Shown here: positions 62,707 to 64,000 of the stretch, one piece after another
Layout: each line of letters starts with the position of its first letter
How positions within the stretch are numbered: the first letter of the stretch is position 1
DNA from: Spirochaetia bacterium
GTDB lineage: Bacteria > Spirochaetota > Spirochaetia > DSM-16054 > Sediminispirochaetaceae
Direction: 5' to 3'
DNA length: 64,000 nucleotides
Assembly: GCA_034520965.1 (NCBI GenBank)
Contig: JAXHMY010000001.1
Location: 896,001-960,000, forward strand
Made by a program: the position numbers and the translations under genes
The notes under the pieces: generated by a model
What the model saw: only the letters and a program-made list of their open reading frames with translations
Databases searched by the model: none
Told to the model about the DNA's origin: nothing

Positions 62707-63996
62707 CTAAGCCCGGCGCTTCTCGTAGCGCTCAATCAGTGTGGTAAGGTAGCGCGATTTCATTTGCTCGCTTGCCATAAGCTGCTTCATCGGTGGGAGT
62801 TTTAGAATAACTCCTAGTACCGATGCCATAGCCCGGTGGGAGAAGTGATAGTGGTTATCAAAGATGAGGTTCTGCAGTTTCCCCCGCTCGATGGCCATCA
62901 GCACCACCCGGTGGGTGGAGTTTACCGGGCTAATCACCCTCTCCGGCCTCGGGACCAGACTCAACGCGTGTGTCGGGCAAGAACGGACACACACCCCGCA
63001 GCCGAGGCAGATATCCTCATTGATAGCGGCCACCTTGCGGTTTTTCCGGGCAGGGTCATTAGCAGAAATCAGACTCAAAGCCTCTACCGGGCAGACGCTT
63101 ACACACTTCCCACAGCCCGTGCAGTTCTCAACGGCAAGCTTCGGCAGAAAATTGCTGGTATGCACCGGCTTTAAGAAGCCGAACTTCCGGGCAGCCACCA
63201 GGGCCTCGCAGCAGCAGCCGCAGCAATTACAGATAAAGTTTACCCCCTTCTGTACATTCTCGCCAAACTGCACCAGATTGTGCTCATAGGCCTGGTCCAG
63301 CAAATCGAGGCACTCCGCCGTATCAACCTGCCGGGCAAATCCGTTGTCTATCAGCGCCGCCGCGGAGCCGTTAAAGGTCATGCAGATATCCAGCGGAGCA
63401 TCACAGGCGGTATGGGCATGCATCATTTTATGGCGGCAGTAGCAGGTTCCCACCCCGATATGGCTGGCCGTCTTCACAACCTCGCTGGCCCGCTCGTAGG
63501 GCAGCACATACAGCCCCTCACCACTCGGCAGCACCGTCTCGTTGATAAACACACGTCCCAGCTGGGTTTCGCCGTCCAGAAAAAGATCCTTAATAAAATC
63601 CTCTTCCACATTCATATACTGGTAGAACAGCTGACCCAGAGCTTTCTGGTCTACGTCTCCCCGGATGCGCATCATGGAAAACTCAAAAAACCCTGCCATA
63701 GGCGGGGGCAGCACGTATACACTTTCATCTCCCCGGGACACATCAAGCAGAATCGCCCGGGAAGCCAACCTGTCCAGCAGCTTACGGGCCTCCTTCTCCG
63801 ATACCCTCCACGCCTTGGCAGCTTTGCCGGCGGTAAATGGCTTAATCGGCAGCAGTGAAACCATCTGAGCCTCGTGCTCGTCGAAGAGGAGCTGCAGAAT
63901 TTGATAAAGGGTTTTTGACGGCGGCGCCCCCTGGGGAAAACGGTTCAGCCGGTCAACCAAGTTCTCATAGCCGGAATCAATCGTACGCTGTTCCAT
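62707..63996 (-). CDS. 4Fe-4S dicluster domain protein
   Basis: 'CYCRH', 'ICNCCGCCC', two CxxCxxCxxxCP motifs. Confidence 0.85.
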   Translation of the reverse strand: MEQRTIDSGYENLVDRLNRFPQGAPPSKTLYQILQLLFDEHEAQMVSLLPIKPFTAGKAAKAWRVSEKEARKLLDRLASRAILLDVSRGDESVYVLPPPMAGFFEFSMMRIRGDVDQKALGQLFYQYMNVEEDFIKDLFLDGETQLGRVFINETVLPSGEGLYVLPYERASEVVKTASHIGVGTCYCRHKMMHAHTACDAPLDICMTFNGSAAALIDNGFARQVDTAECLDLLDQAYEHNLVQFGENVQKGVNFICNCCGCCCEALVAARKFGFLKPVHTSNFLPKLAVENCTGCGKCVSVCPVEALSLISANDPARKNRKVAAINEDICLGCGVCVRSCPTHALSLVPRPERVISPVNSTHRVVLMAIERGKLQNLIFDNHYHFSHRAMASVLGVILKLPPMKQLMASEQMKSRYLTTLIERYEKRRA

Positions 63997-64000
63997 ACCT

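Noticed and set aside
1..64000. Programmed frameshifting or mass pseudogenisation
   Set aside because: Indels are scattered over unrelated, otherwise intact genes, consistent with consensus error

Overview
A 64-kb bacterial chromosomal window, most likely from a free-living anaerobic spirochaete (Spirochaetaceae-like). This is inferred from 'AGGQQE'-type solute-binding-protein N-termini, a TatT lipoprotein and the overall gene content. At least 13 genes carry single-base frameshifts, which points to an unpolished long-read consensus rather than mass pseudogenisation. In order, the window holds: tatT plus a CsgG/FlgT-like outer-membrane gene; a ROK-regulated sugar(-acid)/glycoside catabolic cluster with a TctABC transporter; cysE and ahcY; an IS1-like element with TTAA-bounded inverted repeats; an RsbU-type phosphatase; an Opp/Dpp ABC transporter; an SDR-betB / choX locus; housekeeping genes and an orphan DNA methyltransferase; a cluster around an unusual formyltransferase/ADP-forming acyl-CoA synthetase fusion; adhE-hfsABC-like (sensory [FeFe]-hydrogenase) genes with adhA; a large DNA-binding protein paired with a Doc toxin; a hybrid histidine kinase; ybhB; and an Fe-S protein. 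The most notable signals are (i) two diverged copies of a ~140-bp MITE with 9-bp target duplications and long perfect terminal hairpins, (ii) the formyltransferase-ACD fusion cluster, (iii) the H2-sensor/ethanol module with a shared palindromic operator, and (iv) the non-canonical Doc module. No rRNA, tRNA or CRISPR array was recognised.
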